A DNA stretch of 64,000 bases. Source: Callorhinchus milii (lineage: Eukaryota). Positions within the stretch are counted from its first letter, which is position 1. The number at the start of each line of letters is the position of its first letter. Below the pieces are notes generated by a model. The model made no database searches and was not told where the DNA came from. It saw nothing but the letters and a program-made list of their open reading frames with translations. The translations under genes were made by a program, and so were the position numbers. Shown piece after piece: positions 25,170 to 38,950 of the stretch. The DNA is taken from assembly GCF_018977255.1 (NCBI RefSeq), contig NW_024704742.1, positions 19,470,001 to 19,534,000 on the forward strand. The letters run 5' to 3'.

Positions 25170-27215
25170 AGTTTCCCATCTCCGATCACCATTTCACCAT
25201 TTAACTCCTCAATCCCTTTCCCCACCTTCACCCAACCCACCTTCATCTCCTACCTCGCCTGGAAAAAAATCTCCCCGCAATCCCTCTCCGCTGCTCTGGA
25301 GTCATCTGAACTTCTTCCCCACTGGCCTACCTCCCGCACTGATTTATCCTCCTTGCTCACTCTCCTCCACAACGCCCTCTCCTCCATACTTGATGCCCTC
25401 ACCTCCCAAACTGCCTCCTACTCACCATGGTACACCAGCGACCTCACTCCATCAAGGGTTAGGTGCAGGCCACCTAACGCACCTGGCTCAAATCTGATCT
25501 AATGGTCCACTGGCAGATCTGGCTGCACCACATCAAAACGTACTGCTCCGCCCTCTCCTAATCTTGGAGGCGAAGAACAACCCCAGGCTCCACCAATTGG
25601 CTCCTCCATCCACCCTCCCATGCCTCACCCATTCTCTCCTCAATCTCTGACTGTGAAGAGTTGCTGGATTTCCTTTAGTCCAAAATCAAGGGGATCCATT
25701 CAGCTGCCTCCGCCTTCCCAATCGCTATTCCCTCCCCATCTCGTCCCCACACTCTGACCTCTGCCCATCTCTCCTTCCACATCTTTGAACCTGTCTCCCC
25801 CTCCTCTCTCATCACCACTATATCGAGTATGAAACACACCCCTGCTCCCTTGAACCCATGCCCAGCCCTCTCCTTACGTCCCAGATCCACCTCCTCACCC
25901 CTCTACTCTCCGACACCATCAATCTCTCTGTATCATCTGGAACTGTTCCCTTCTCAGTAGAAACAGCTATGATCAACCCCATCCCTGGACCTGTCCCTGC
26001 TCTCTAACTACCGTTCCATCTCCAACCTCCCTTTTTTTTCCAAGGTCCTTGAAAGAGCCATTGCTTCCCACCTTTGCTCCCTCCTCTCCTACCACTCCCA
26101 TCACGAACCCCTCCAAATGTGCTCACAGCACGGAATCTGCCCTGGTCAAGGTGACAAACGACATCCTGTCCATCTGTGACTGGGGCTCCCTTTGGCTCCT
26201 CGTCCTCCTGGACCTATTTGCTGTCTTCGATACCGTGAACCACTCCATCCTCTTCCACCGCCTCTCCTCTCACCTCAACCTTCAAGGTTCTGTCCTTGAA
26301 TGGTTCAGGTCTTATCTCTCACATTGTCTCCAATTTGTCTCTGTCAACAGTTTCTCTTCCAGCCACCTCACAGACTCATGCAGTATTCATCAGGGCTCTG
26401 TCCTCGGTCCCCTCCTCGTCAACCTCCACATTCTCCCTCTTGGTGACATCATCCACAGACATAGGGTCAACTTCCACATGTACACGGATGACACCTAACT
26501 TTATCTCTTTGCCTCCATCCTCAATTCCAGGACAACTGACGCCTGACAGACTGTCTGTCAGACATCAATCCTGGATGAGAGCCAACTTTCTACAGCTGAA
26601 TGTCAGCAAGACCCAGGCTCTCCTGATTGGCTCGTGCCAGCGCCCGCACCTCAGGCACTGGCAGCATCTACGGATGCACACTCCACCTCACTGAGCCAGT
26701 CAGGAAACTGGGCATCTTGTTCGACTCTCAACTGTCCTTTCTTCCCCCATATCCATGCCATGACCTGCTCTGCCTTCCCCCACCTCCGCAACATTGCCTG
26801 ACTCCACCACTGCCTCACCCCTCAGGCCATCGAAACCCTCATACACACATTCGTCACCTCAAGGCTCGACTACGGAAACTCCCTCCTTATCGGCCTCCCC
26901 AACTCTTCCCTCCACAACCTGCAAATCATCCAGAACTCTGCAGCTCGTGTCCTCTCCTGCATCAAGCTCCGTGAATCCATCACCCCCACCCTCGTCTGCC
27001 TTCACTAGCTCCCCATTCCTCAGAGGATAGAATACAAAATGCTTGTCCCAACTTTCAAGGCCCTCCACGGCCTTGCCCCCTCCTACCTCTCTGACCTGCT
27101 GACCCCTATCAACCTGTTCACTCCCTCCGTTCAGCAGGCTCTGGCCTGCTCCATGTCTCCCGCCCAACCCACTCTACCATCGGCGGCCGGGATTTCAGCC
27201 TCTATGCCCCCACCC
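25170..27215 (+). mobile_element. L2 LINE ORF2 relic (~2 kb, frameshifts and stops): end of APE endonuclease plus reverse transcriptase
   Basis: PISDHH at about 25176; tctaactaccgttccatctccaacctccc (SNYRSISNLP); [59 protein letters not shown]. Confidence 0.96.
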
Positions 27216-27629
27216 TTGCATACGTTTTATTCAATTGTGATGCTTAAAATCTAAATTTCTGTGTGATTAGATTTGATGAAACATCAACAGTCTGTGTGGG
27301 TCTCAACTGGACAAGAATAATCACAAAGAGAGCTGCACTCTGCAGAGGGGCTCAGCACAATAATGTGAGTGGAGGAGATCAGAACAGAAAATGGCCTGAG
27401 TCTGAAATCTGTTTCATTCCCGCTTCTTGGCAGTGATCTCACCAACAAAATGCATTCAGATGTTTCTAGCACAGATTGCGTGATTTTGTCTTCATAACCA
27501 CATTTTGTGTTAAACACAAGTTTATAATTTGCATCCAGATCATCATCACTAGTTTGATTGTCATTCATTTAGATCCTGACTGCTTTGTGATTTAAGTGGG
27601 CATTAAGGGACCAGCCCATCTCTCCATTC

Positions 27630-28280
27630 ATGATAAATCCCTTCATGCCCTGGCACCTCCCTAGCTTTCCAACCTGCTTACTCCCCAAACCACTACCCAT
27701 TGCACTCTGCTTGACTGGCTCTGGTCTCCTGCTTGTCCCTCATGCCTTCTGTTCCACCATTGGTGGCCACTCTTTCAGTCACTACGCCCCGAAACTCTGG
27801 AATATTCTTCCTCTATCGCTTCGCCTTGCCCCCTCCTTCCCCATGTTTTATCTTATACTGAACAGTAGAATCAGAGGAAACGGCCTGCAATTGAAGGGGG
27901 GTAAATTCAGAACAAATCTGCAGAAAAACTACTTCAGCGAGCGAGTAGTAAACGTATGGAACAGTCTCCCTAGGGACAGTGGAAGCAGAAGATGTTGTTT
28001 GTTTCAAGCACAAATTAGATATTTCTGCTAGAAAATAATATCTCGAGATACAGTTTGGGATTGCCAGGATGGCAGAAGGTGATCGAGATGGACCTTGGTC
28101 TTCTTTCGCCTAGCAAATTCTTATGTTTTTATGTTCTTATGTCACGCTTGAAGATCTTCCTCTTCATCTGTGCCAGCTGTAATCTCCCCCCGGCTCGGTG
28201 TCATGCTCTGCCACTATCAAGCGCTCTGGGACTCTACCCTGCGTGAGAGGCACGATATATATGCAAGTTGTTGTTGTTGT
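27630..28280 (+). mobile_element. L2 3' end interrupted by a nested CR1
   Basis: L2 (FSHYAPKLWNILP) stops at about 27850, resumes at about 28142 (cacgcttgaagatcttcctcttc) and runs to the type-2 tail. Confidence 0.88.
27855..28140 (+). mobile_element. CR1 LINE 3' end nested in L2
   Basis: RIRGNGLQLKGGKFRTNLQKNYFSERVVNVWNSLP (CR1 C-terminal motif); (ttcttatg)n tail. Confidence 0.93.
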
Positions 28281-30009
28281 AATGAATTGGCTGGTTATCT
28301 CAGTGTGGTTTGTAGATCATTGTTGGTGCAAACTATCAGTCATGTTTTCCTGCATATCAACATTAATTTAATTTCAACTTAAATCATTTCTAGATTTCAT
28401 CAAGACATTTTGTAATGCAAAAAATTCCATAAAAATCTAAATTGTTGGATTTGTATAGTGCCTTTCACCCAAAGGAATGTCTGAAAGTTTGGCATCACCA
28501 TGCTCCTGAGTGCTGCCCTGCACCAAAGGAAAGGGAGATTAACTGTTCCCAGCAGCTCTGAGGGATTGCAAGTGAATAAATCTCATTGTAGGAGTATAAA
28601 AGGAAAACAAAATGGTAAATGCTGTAACTTTGAAACAAAGCTAGGAAAGCTGGAAATCCATAGCAGTCCAATTAGCATCCGAAAGAGGAAATAACTTAAC
28701 ATTCTTCACCGGAGCTTTTTCCAGAATAAATCTCTTGCTTGAAGTATTTGCATGACATTGAAAGATGTTTGCGTCGATGTTTGCAGATGCTTGAGGAGTA
28801 TTCACTTTAAATTATTCGTGCAATAATTAAGAATGCTTCATCTTTTTCCAATTCTCCACAAATGCTCTTTTGGTGGTATTTATGATAATAATGATAATAA
28901 TGCTTGCATTAACTGGTTGTTGATCTACATGACCAAGCGGTAATTGCACTGCTCCTCAAGTTTCTTTACCCAGGTTAAAATTACTGTGACGCCTTTAGAA
29001 TATATGAAAGGGGAAATCCTTGAATATAATGAAAGAGCTGAGATTTCTCTCAGAGATGGTGTAATCAAGCTCCACATCAACACCAGACCTCAAAAAACCN
29101 TTTTTTTCTGCAATTACATGTATGCTGATCTTGTGCCACTTCATAGATAGACTTTGATGTTTCACGCATTGTCGTCAGAATGCAATTTATTTTTAATTGA
29201 TAATTTGTGAGTCATTCTGTGTTGCTTAACAAATACTGTAATGTTATAATTGGTTACTCCACATTGCTGAGAAAATTACATTAGATCTCTAGCTTTAAAC
29301 ATGTTTTTCCTGCTACATCGATGGCATGGAATGGATAATCAGCATTGAAACAACTTCAAAAAATGTGAAGATTCCTCAATTCTGAATAAGTTAACGTTAA
29401 AACTCAATTTTTTAAAAAAATGGAAACATCACTAAATTGAGTTAATAGGGATGGTATTCAGTACAATTATATGCACACAGGTAAAGGAACAGCTTAATCC
29501 TCAATCGCTTTGGATCTTACTTAAACATATTTGACCTGAGACATCTCAATTTAATGACCTAGCCAGCTCGATCAGTCAAAAGTAATTTCTTGGCTGAGGA
29601 GAGCATGTGTGTCAGCTTGGCTCAGTGGCAGCACTTGTGCACAATTGGGTTACTGCACGTGCCTATAAATACAGTCACCCCACTTCACAAAAAATCCTGT
29701 GAAGTGCTTTGTGTCGTCCTCCCTACTTGGAAGGTGTTGTACCAAATGCAAGGATTGTCATTTTATTATTATGGATATCAGTCCTTCTCAAAGATCAACA
29801 CTGAAAGCTAATGACCTAACAAAAGAAACTTAGAGCTGAAATAGGGCTTTAAATTTACTAAATTAAAATCGTCCACCTCAGATTCAAAAAATGACCTAAA
29901 AAGAAAGCAACCGCTAACTCAAAAAGAAGTGCTGCCATCTGGGGGTAATAATTTACCCCAGGGTTAAATTTTACCCCATTATCCCATTAAGCAGATTCAA
30001 TGCAAATTT

Positions 30010-30465
30010 AATAATAATAATATTCCTTGCATTTGACATAGCGCCTTATCATGTCATTGAGATGTCTCAAAAGTGATTCACAGGATACATTATAAAGTAG
30101 ATTGACTGTATTTTGTGGGGGAAACATGGCAGCCAGTTGTGCACAGCTATGTGCCACAAACAGCCATGGAGTGAGTGACCAAATTTACTGCCTATCCAAA
30201 AGCAATACAAGTATGTCATTTGTTCTACATCGTAACAATGGTAAATTTGGGTCTTGAGATGATCTTAATCTTCTTATTATATTTAACTTTCAGCTGAATA
30301 GGCAGATGGGACCTCTGGAAGATGGCACCTCTGACAATGTAACACACCCCCAGCACTGCATTGGAATGTCAGGAAAGGCTATATGGTCCCCAAGTCCTGA
30401 CATGGGGCTTGAACCCACAAACGTCTGACTCAGAAGTGGGAGTGCTACCAACTGAGCTGGCTGAC
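30010..30465 (-). mobile_element. Old Deu-domain SINE; tail and head separated by unrelated sequence
   Basis: Tail at 30010-30185; head ggcttgaacccacaaacgtctgactcagaagtgggagtgctaccaactgagc at 30405-30458. Confidence 0.8.
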
Positions 30466-32792
30466 ACACAAACATCCAGTATTATTGCTATTGTGAAGCT
30501 AAGAGTTGGCAGGACTAAAACAAATTTCTGGCTCAGTGGGTATGGCGTGGCATTGAGACACACCAGGCTAGAAAGGTCCCAGGTTTGATCTCTGAGCAAA
30601 TGTATGTCAGGAGATTGGCTTCAATGTCCCAAGGCTACATTCAATGCAATTCAACATCAGTGTTAGTGATAATCTTTCATTTGTTATTAAATGTCTGTGT
30701 TAAACAAACCTTGAGTTTAGATTGCTGTGAATTTCAATTGAAAGGACAGACTCAAGGCTATCTTCCATTCATAATTACATAAATGTATTAATATTATCTT
30801 TCATTGCTAATGTAATACCAGAGTAAAGAACAGGTTTCATTCTTAAGAAGTTACATTAGGGATATGGTGCCTTCCCTTTCAAATTTATTTCATTTTCGCT
30901 AATTTGACCCTCGTGTTCTCTTATTCTCTCCCACATCATGTATCTTTCTCAGCCAAAGACTGTCCAAAGATTTTCCTTTTGTACCAAGCATGGCCGAAGA
31001 TTTACATTTTGGCCTCTGTGAGAGATGCTCAATATGTTGCCAATGTGTCTGTATAAGTAAGGAAGATCTCCAGGGCTGGTGATACTGACATTGCAATGTA
31101 TTCATTCGAAAACAGCAATGCAAACACCAAGAGCTGCACATCATTACCCATATGGGAGATATCATCACATTTGTGTTTGCTGGACTCTCCCACACTGCCC
31201 AGATCACCTTTCAATGTCATGCAACTGACATTAAGTGAATCGTACATGGAGCTTCCATATACTATAGTCCATGATGACACTTCAGTGCAATGCTGGGGGT
31301 GTGCTGCATTATTAGAGGTGCCATCCCTTGGATTGAGATGTCCAACCGAGGTTCTGTCCATCTGTTTAAGTGCACTATTTTAAAAGAAAAGACAGTTCCC
31401 CTATTTTACACAATAAGTGGTTTACGTTTATCATATTAACAGATAATGAAAAATAAATGAGTAAATGGAATGCATCTAGGGGTAAGTATGCAACATACAA
31501 AGAACTTATTCCTATGGGAGGTCAAACCAAGGACAGTTGCCCTTGCACACAACAGGTTTTACTGAATATAAGACTATTGTTGTGCCTTGGGTGGTGAATT
31601 CCCACCGGCTGTACTAATTGAAACCAGCCACTACTTCATTTGGTCAGACTTGTTGCTGTGATACGTGCAGCCTATTAGGCATTGATGTCAAGCCAAGGGA
31701 AGGGTCACTCTTTGCAGTTATTTTTTGTCCCATATGGTGCCTGAATATTTTGTTTCGTATACTTATAAATGTACGCTGTGCAACAGCAACAAATACTTTA
31801 TTTGGAACATTGAGAAGATTGTGGAAAGATACAAACCACACTCAGATTGTTAATGCAGTACAGTGTAGTAATCTGTCATCATGAAAATATGATTAGACCG
31901 CATTGGTTGAAAGAGAAAGCAACTCCAGGGAATAAGTTCTTCATATGTTACATACTTATCCCTAGATGTGCTCTGTTTTCACATTTATTTTTCCTTATCT
32001 TTCAATATGAGAACATAAACCACTCGCTGTGTAAAATAGTAAAACCACATTTTCCTGATAAAATAACCCTCTAGCCAAGAGGGTCCCTTTGGAATACATC
32101 TGCATCCTGGCATGCATGTCACTGTTTTAGCTGAACAATTTGAAGCTTTGGCTTTTCCTGATACCTCCCAGTCAGGTTAGGAACAGACATATCCCACTGG
32201 CAACAATATGAGAAAGAAGATTCACTACTTTTACTCTCAGAGCTAACATCTTGATGGAGACTGAGTGAACAGAAAACAAAATGACAGCCATTATACAAGA
32301 TCTTCCTCTTTCAAAATGTTAAAATGGCTGCCCATGTGCTTATATAGACAAATAGAGGATACCAAAGGATATTTTGCTTTATGTAGACAAAAAGATGGAC
32401 AGAAAGTCATGGACAGTGAAGACACACAGTCAAATCCACCAGATGTTTGAACAGGGTATTATGATTTTCCATTTATAAAGTGAGTAGGCATGTTTTTGCT
32501 GTCATCTGATTTCTTAACATTTGGTTAGGCAAAGAATAATTTAAAGAATTGCAGAGAATATGTAGACATGCAGCAATTGTGCACTGTGGGTTCAGTTTCA
32601 ATGCTAGTTATTGGCTGTTTGCTTCCTAAGCTGAAGGGCATTGGAGAGATGGTGGAGAAGATGGGCCTAACCCTGATGTTGGATTTTTAAGTGTTCAGAA
32701 TATCATAATAATAATATTAATATTAATAATTCTTATATTTGATATATCATCTTTCATGTCAGGCACCTCAAAACATTTCACAGGATATGCAA

Positions 32793-32970
32793 CAATAATA
32801 ATAATCCTTGCATTTGATATAGCGCCTTATCACGTCTTCGAGATGTTTGAAAGCACTTCACAGAATATACTGTAAAGGGAATTGACTGTATATTTTGTGG
32901 CCAAAACGTGGCAGCCAATTACGTACAGCAGTGTCGCACAAACAGTTGTGGATTGAATGAACAAATAATT
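32793..32970 (-). mobile_element. SINE 3' half
   Basis: (aat)n-ccttgcatttgatatagcgcc...gtcgcacaaacagttgtgg. Confidence 0.9.
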
Positions 32971-33121
32971 TTTTGTACTAAAAAAGTTTATTAAAAAACA
33001 TAAAAGTGTATCGACTGTGTATTTTGTAGATGAAACACCTTGTCGTTGGTTAAGTCAAAAAGCATAATGTTGCTTAAACTCATCAAAGTAGAGAAACAAT
33101 AGTTTAGTTATTATTTGATAA

Positions 33122-33496
33122 TAATAATAATAATCCTTGCTTTTGATCTAGCGCCTTATCACGTCTTCGAGATTTCTCAAAGCGCTTCACAGAATATAAT
33201 GTAAAGTGAATTGCTGTATATCTTGTGGGCGAAACCCAGCAGCCAATTGTGCACAGCAGTGTCCCACAAACAGTTGTGGATTGAAGTGACTAATTCATCA
33301 TTATTATTTTTTAAGGAATTATTACCTTCAGAAAAGCAATCCGACAATCGACTAACAACTGGTTTCCTACTTACTGCTAGGTAAACAGTGGCGTGTGAAG
33401 TAAGGAAACTTGCGCAACATTTCACCCAACCGGAATTGAACCCAGGTCTTCTCGCTTGCGAGGCAAATGCCCTAGCCACTGAGCTGCAGGACTCCA
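33122..33496 (-). mobile_element. Full-length tRNA-headed SINE, long variant
   Basis: Head ggagtcctgcagctcagtggctagggc...gggttcaattcc (A and B boxes); extra internal block ...tagcagtaagtaggaaaccagttgttagtcg; (att)n tail. Confidence 0.93.
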
Positions 33497-34344
33497 TGCA
33501 ACAAAAGTGTTTTTCTAAACAAAAAGAAAGATTTTTTTAAAAAAGAAATATATCTACTGTAACTACTGTTGTTACATTGATATTGTGGGGTAAGAGTTTG
33601 ACAGTAAAGTTTACAAGTTAAATATGTCTCCTGTAGAGATGTGCTGTACATTTTGTTGATTGACGGAGGTAACATAATGTCCAGCTGCAATAGATGTTCA
33701 TTTCCTATTGCTATTCCTGCTGGTTATCACTAAGTGCAACCTGAATTTATTCTTATGTGCTGACAGCATCATAATTTGCACTGGTGGAATTTACTGTCAC
33801 AGAGTATTTTGTCCAAGATGTTTCTAAGATTTGCTGGTTCCTCTTGTATTGTGGGTTTCAAATTAACACGTCATATTCAGTCCCATTAGATTGCCAGGGC
33901 TGTCAACATCAGAAAAATGTTCCGCATTAGATTTATGATCAAAAAGACTGACCGGATTGCAGACCTATTTAAAGGTATGAGAGAAGTACATCATTCTTTT
34001 AACTGAAACGAGTGAAGTTCATTAGAAATGAATGATGTTTGTCAGTGCTGAACACTTTTTTTCAAGGATATGTTCTAGTTGATACTCAAGCAGAATGTAT
34101 TCACATCAGGAGGTCTGTTAACTGCATTTGTATGGTAACTGGGTCATGTTCGTGATGTATCATGCGGTATGATTTTGGCTTAATCTGTTTTGACATCTGT
34201 GGAAATTAGACCTGATATTATCTTTCATCTGTTCGTCGTTTGCCTACAAATAAAAGAGTAACTACACTTTACAGTTAATCCTATCAAACACTTTTAAACA
34301 TCCTCCTGATATGATAGGTGATATACCAATTATAAAGATTATTA

Positions 34345-34570
34345 TAATAATAATAATCCTTGCATTTGATATAGCACTTTTCACGTTTTGTAGACGTCAC
34401 AAAGTGCTTCACAGATTATACTATAAAGTGAATTGACTGGATATTGTGGGCGAAAAGCAGCAGTCAATTGCTCACAGCAGTGTCCCACAAACAGTCATGG
34501 ATTAAAGTGACCAATTTATTATTGTTTTTTTCTTGAGGGATTATTATCAGGCGTGTGGAGTAAGGAAACT
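34345..34570 (-). mobile_element. SINE, 5'-truncated, tail-to-tail with an older + strand SINE tail (34200-34345)
   Basis: Colinear with 41759-41995. Confidence 0.9.
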
Positions 34571-36235
34571 ATTATACAATATTTATATTGTATTATACAA
34601 TACAAATTTACATTTATATATTGCTTGTCATGTTGAGAGTATATCCCATAGCCCTTATAAGTGATTATATAATTATTCAGTGGACAATTGAAAGTATTGT
34701 TTAACTTCAGTGTTCAATGTTTGGCATGTTGCTTCTTCATTTCATTTGGTTTTGTTCCTTGACTCTTTTCATATCAAAGTGCAGCACAGATGTAAACAAA
34801 GAAAGGATATGCCTTTTTATAGTGTCTTATCACATCAAAACTTCTCAGAGCACTTCGCAAGTAATTGCCATCAAGTACAGTGATTGATTAGCGGTGCGAG
34901 GTGGATTTGTTTGTCAATATTTGTCTTTTTTTTCAAGAAAGCATTGGTTAGTTTCAGGAGTGGTTTAATTCTTACTTCTTATATGGGGTTTGACCCTGCA
35001 ACCTCCCAACTGAAACAGGGGGGTATCTTTCAGGCAGTAGAGGTATAAAAGGAAAGGGCAAGGTATTAGAATTCCAAGATTTGCCAAGATCCAATAAACT
35101 GGTGGAATAGGCTTGATGGACAAAATGGACACTTCCTGCTTCTGTTTTCCTCCGTTCCTCTATGTAGTACCTTACAGAGTTACATACCTTACATCCATCT
35201 GTACTGAAATTTATTTTCCAATTATCAGCCCATGAGTGGACTCTATCAAACTTGCTTTGTAAGAGCTTTGCTGATAAACTGCCCTGCTGCAGTGTAAATG
35301 CAGCAAATGTGAATTGATGAGAGTTCTGCTCCTTCATGGTCTGTTGAAAGGATGGCTTAGGAAGTTTATACCAGGCTTCTGTTCCTTACCCCCCTACTGA
35401 TGTGAGAAAACAACTTTGCTCCAGTACGGCAAATGCAGCATTATTAAACAAGTGCGGGAAAAAAAATTAAACTGTGTTCTTCACAGTGAGAGCAGGAAGC
35501 GAAACTTCAAAAACATTGCCCATGTTTTCAGAGGGGTTGACAAAGATTTGTTGCACATCAGGCCATAGGAGAGGAACTCCTAACTAAAAAATGGATCAAT
35601 TTCCATTTGTGAAAACAATACAGAGGAAAATATTAGAAGACTGATAGAACTTGCATGCAAAAGTCTCATAGACGAAGCTCTCTTCCTGTTAGGAAGGGCA
35701 GGAAAAGTTAAAAGGTGCTCCAAAGATATTAAAATTGTAATCACTCACAATAATTAATGCCAATAAAACCACTGTAATCTCTTTTCAATCATTTTTTCAC
35801 CACAATTTGTGCCAAATACGAGCATTTTTGTACTCTAGGTGTGGAAATACCTAAATTTGTTTCACTTAAGACTCTTTTAGTTAGCAAACAGAAGAGAATC
35901 CTATCCCATTAGCTTGATTGAAGTGATAGGACTAAATATTAATCCACAGCACCATCCAGTGATCATGAGATGGAATTTATGAAATAATGTCTATTTTTAT
36001 TGATTTTTAGAGATTTAAATTTCAAAATGAAAAGCAGGTTAAAGATCATTTACAAGTTATCAAAAGTATTGGTATCTCAGGTTTCCGACATAGTGTGAAC
36101 AGGGCTGGTTAGCTCCAGTAGGGGAGCTCGCACCAGCCCTGATCCCATAAGCCGAATGATCATCTTCTACACTGTAAAAATGCTATGACTATATATTAGT
36201 AAATAGGAATCAATTGCAAACATCGCTCTACTCAC

Positions 36236-36273
36236 ACGCTCCCAGTGAAATGATGCATATCCTGAGCTTGCTG
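36236..36273 (-). CDS. Candidate micro-exon, 38 nt (35 nt with the NAGNAG alternative)
   Basis: Acceptor tgtttttcttctgctgcAG(CAG), donor CGT|gtgagt; reads AASSGYASFHWER in one frame. Confidence 0.2.
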
Positions 36274-37124
36274 CTGCAGCAGAAGAAAAACATGTCTTTA
36301 CTAGATAAATTATTTGAATGGCTCCAACCCTGGGGCCAGACAGAGACAAATGACATCTCTCTGGAAGAAATGGTAAAGTTAGCCGTCACAGAATGAATCA
36401 TTAGCAAAAATGAAAAACAGAGCCAGCGATACGATCTAATGTAACAGCATGAAATAATGTGGTCTCAGCAGCTGAGGTGGTGTCGAAAGTTTAAACTCCC
36501 AACAAAACAAGTAGCTGAACTGACAAGCAGGTGGTTGAAGTAAATCTCAGAGAAGCTGATGCATAAGATAATGGGGAGTATTAAAGAGTATCTATTGACA
36601 GGACAGATTGGCTCGTCATCTGAAACGACAGTTTGGACTGTCACGACGCAGGTGTGATTAAGTGAGAAAGTAACTTTTTACAGAATAAAACGTAGCCGGG
36701 AGCCTTACCACTCAGCCTTTGAATTTCCCCCATTTTAAATCTAGGCCCTGGCAATTTGTTCAAGTCTCACAAGTTGAGCATTGTCTAGCAACTCTTAACG
36801 TTGAAAGTTCCAAATTCATCAAACCCCCAAAAATATGCCTAGTGAATTGGCAGCTCATCTCAATGTTGTAGCAAATAAACCTGCCTCTGTAACAATTTTC
36901 ACTTAATTTCAAATTAATCTTATCTGTATAGCACTTTGAGACATTTCTTTAATATGAAAGGTGCTTCATATAAATTGTTGCTATTGTTCCATTCTCTTCA
37001 TCTGTTGACATTAATGCGCTCACTATCTCTAATCTCAAATCAAACTCTCACTTCTCCTCCATGACTAAAGTTGTCTCTTTTAGGCTAAACACTTGTCCTC
37101 CTCATCAACGTTTTACTCACAAGA

Positions 37125-37370
37125 TCACAAGATTCATTTGGTTGAAGAAGGCCCTTTGGCCCAATCTGATCTTATCCCTCCGGAACGCCAATCCTACCAT
37201 TACTGCATAAAACAGCTTTTAAATGAGTCCAGTGTGCTGGCCTCTTTCCTGGCAACCTGTTCCAGTTATTGATTATCCTCTATGTAAAGAAAAGATTCCT
37301 GCTATCTATCCTGAAATTGACATTTACAAATGTAAACCTATGTCCTCTTGCGCTACTAACTTGATACATT
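37125..37370 (-). mobile_element. CR1 LINE 3' end
   Basis: SARGHRFTFVNVNFRIDSRNLFFT*RIINNWN-like motif; (cacaagat)n tail. Confidence 0.8.
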
Positions 37371-38391
37371 CTAAAGCATAGGTCTATATTGAGCTTTTCA
37401 ACCCATTTCAATTTTTGTACACCAAGTCTTGAGTGACGCTCCCAAACCATTGGAAGGCTTTTGTGTCTCACCAAAAAGGTTTTACACATGACAAGTGCTA
37501 AGTGTCTTATAAGTGACCATTCTCCCACTCTAGCTTCCAAACTCATTTTCTCCATCACAACTTTTCCTGTCAATCTCTAAATTCTTGTACTTTGGAAAAG
37601 AATGAAATAGAGTAGGAGACAGTATCATGAAACTTGAATTCAAAAAAGGCAAGAGTAGAGTTGCAAATTGAACACCATTTGTTAAACAATAATAGTAATA
37701 TTCCTTGCATTCGATATAGCGCTTTTACGTCAGAAGGATTCTCAAAGTCCTCATTGGGTAAATACCAGTCAAGTTGTCACTATGCAGGAATAGTAATTTA
37801 TTCCAGTTTGCAGCAGAGTCAAAGTACCTGGACTAGGAAGAAAACTACAACACGACCCCTACCTCATTCAATGCTGATCAGTGTTCTGTTGCCGATACAG
37901 TGAAGTGCTCTGGGACTCTACCCCACGTATATAAATGCAAGTTGTTGTTGCTCACACAACCAATGTTTAATAACCCTTAGCTGGCATCAAGACTTCTTCT
38001 GCAGAATAATTTCAAACAGCAGCAACTTTGTAAATAACAGTTTACATAAGGTTAATGTACCATCTATGTAACCCTATATGTAACTAAAAGGAATATTGAG
38101 ATGTTCTCCCAACATGAAAGACGCTCTATAAATGTAATTTCTTGTTGTATTCAAGGAAGCAAAAGAGCCGTGGAAAAGATTCCAGAAAAGAAGTAACTGA
38201 GGTGCATTTTTACTCCCTCCACTCCCCAAAAGGGGTAAATACGGAAGAGATATGAAAGCTATGTAGATGTCTTTATGTCTTTTTCAGGGCAGTTTTCACA
38301 GACTAAAACTGTGTTCAGAATTACGACCCAGATATTTCAGCAATATTTGTCTTGGTGCCTATTTAGCACACTGCAGCAATATTACAGCAAT

Positions 38392-38950
38392 TTGTTTTGG
38401 TCAGTCGGGTGTCTGACACATGTGGAAATCTATCATCGTGCTTTAAGAGTATACACACCAAACTGAGAGTTCCATGCATCCCACCTATAGAAGAAAATTC
38501 CCATGCTTGGAATTTGCACTCTCTCATTGGAGGAAAGAATCTTGCTTACCTAATTCCAGAGAGTATTAGGCTCAGGTTGGCAAGTGCAAAGGACTGGGGA
38601 CCCAAGAGTATTCTTTGGGGGTACTATTGGTGTTTAACCAACAAAAACTACACAGCTTGTGATTAAAAGCCCTGTCTGGCAAGCTGTCCTGCTACTTGTC
38701 CAGATAAGATCACCCTACCCATTCAGCTTTGGCTTGCAGGGTTAACAGGAGCTGAGTGGGAAGAGTTCCTACCCCCAGTGGCTGGTCTGTCATCTGCAGT
38801 GCCCTGGAGTACTGCGGACCTGTTTGGCCTACCGAGAGGTTTGACTCAATTCCATTGCCAAGCATGTCAACTTGGAGGCCATTCAGCCCAAGAAGACAAG
38901 ACTTACATCCCTGCCAAGGAAAATAGTTACTAGTTGGTCTTTTGACATCT
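38392..38950 (-). repeat. Family D repeat
   Basis: ttttggtcagtcgggtgtctgacacatgtggaaa ... tagttggtcttttgacatct. Confidence 0.85.

Noticed and set aside
26049..26498. Intact reverse transcriptase gene
   Set aside because: It stops right after YTDDT, with frameshifts on both sides; a dead L2 copy
28972..29150. Protein-like frame VKITVTPLEYMKGEILEYNERAEISLRDG after an acceptor-like site
   Set aside because: No convincing donor, an N at 29100 and no recognisable homology
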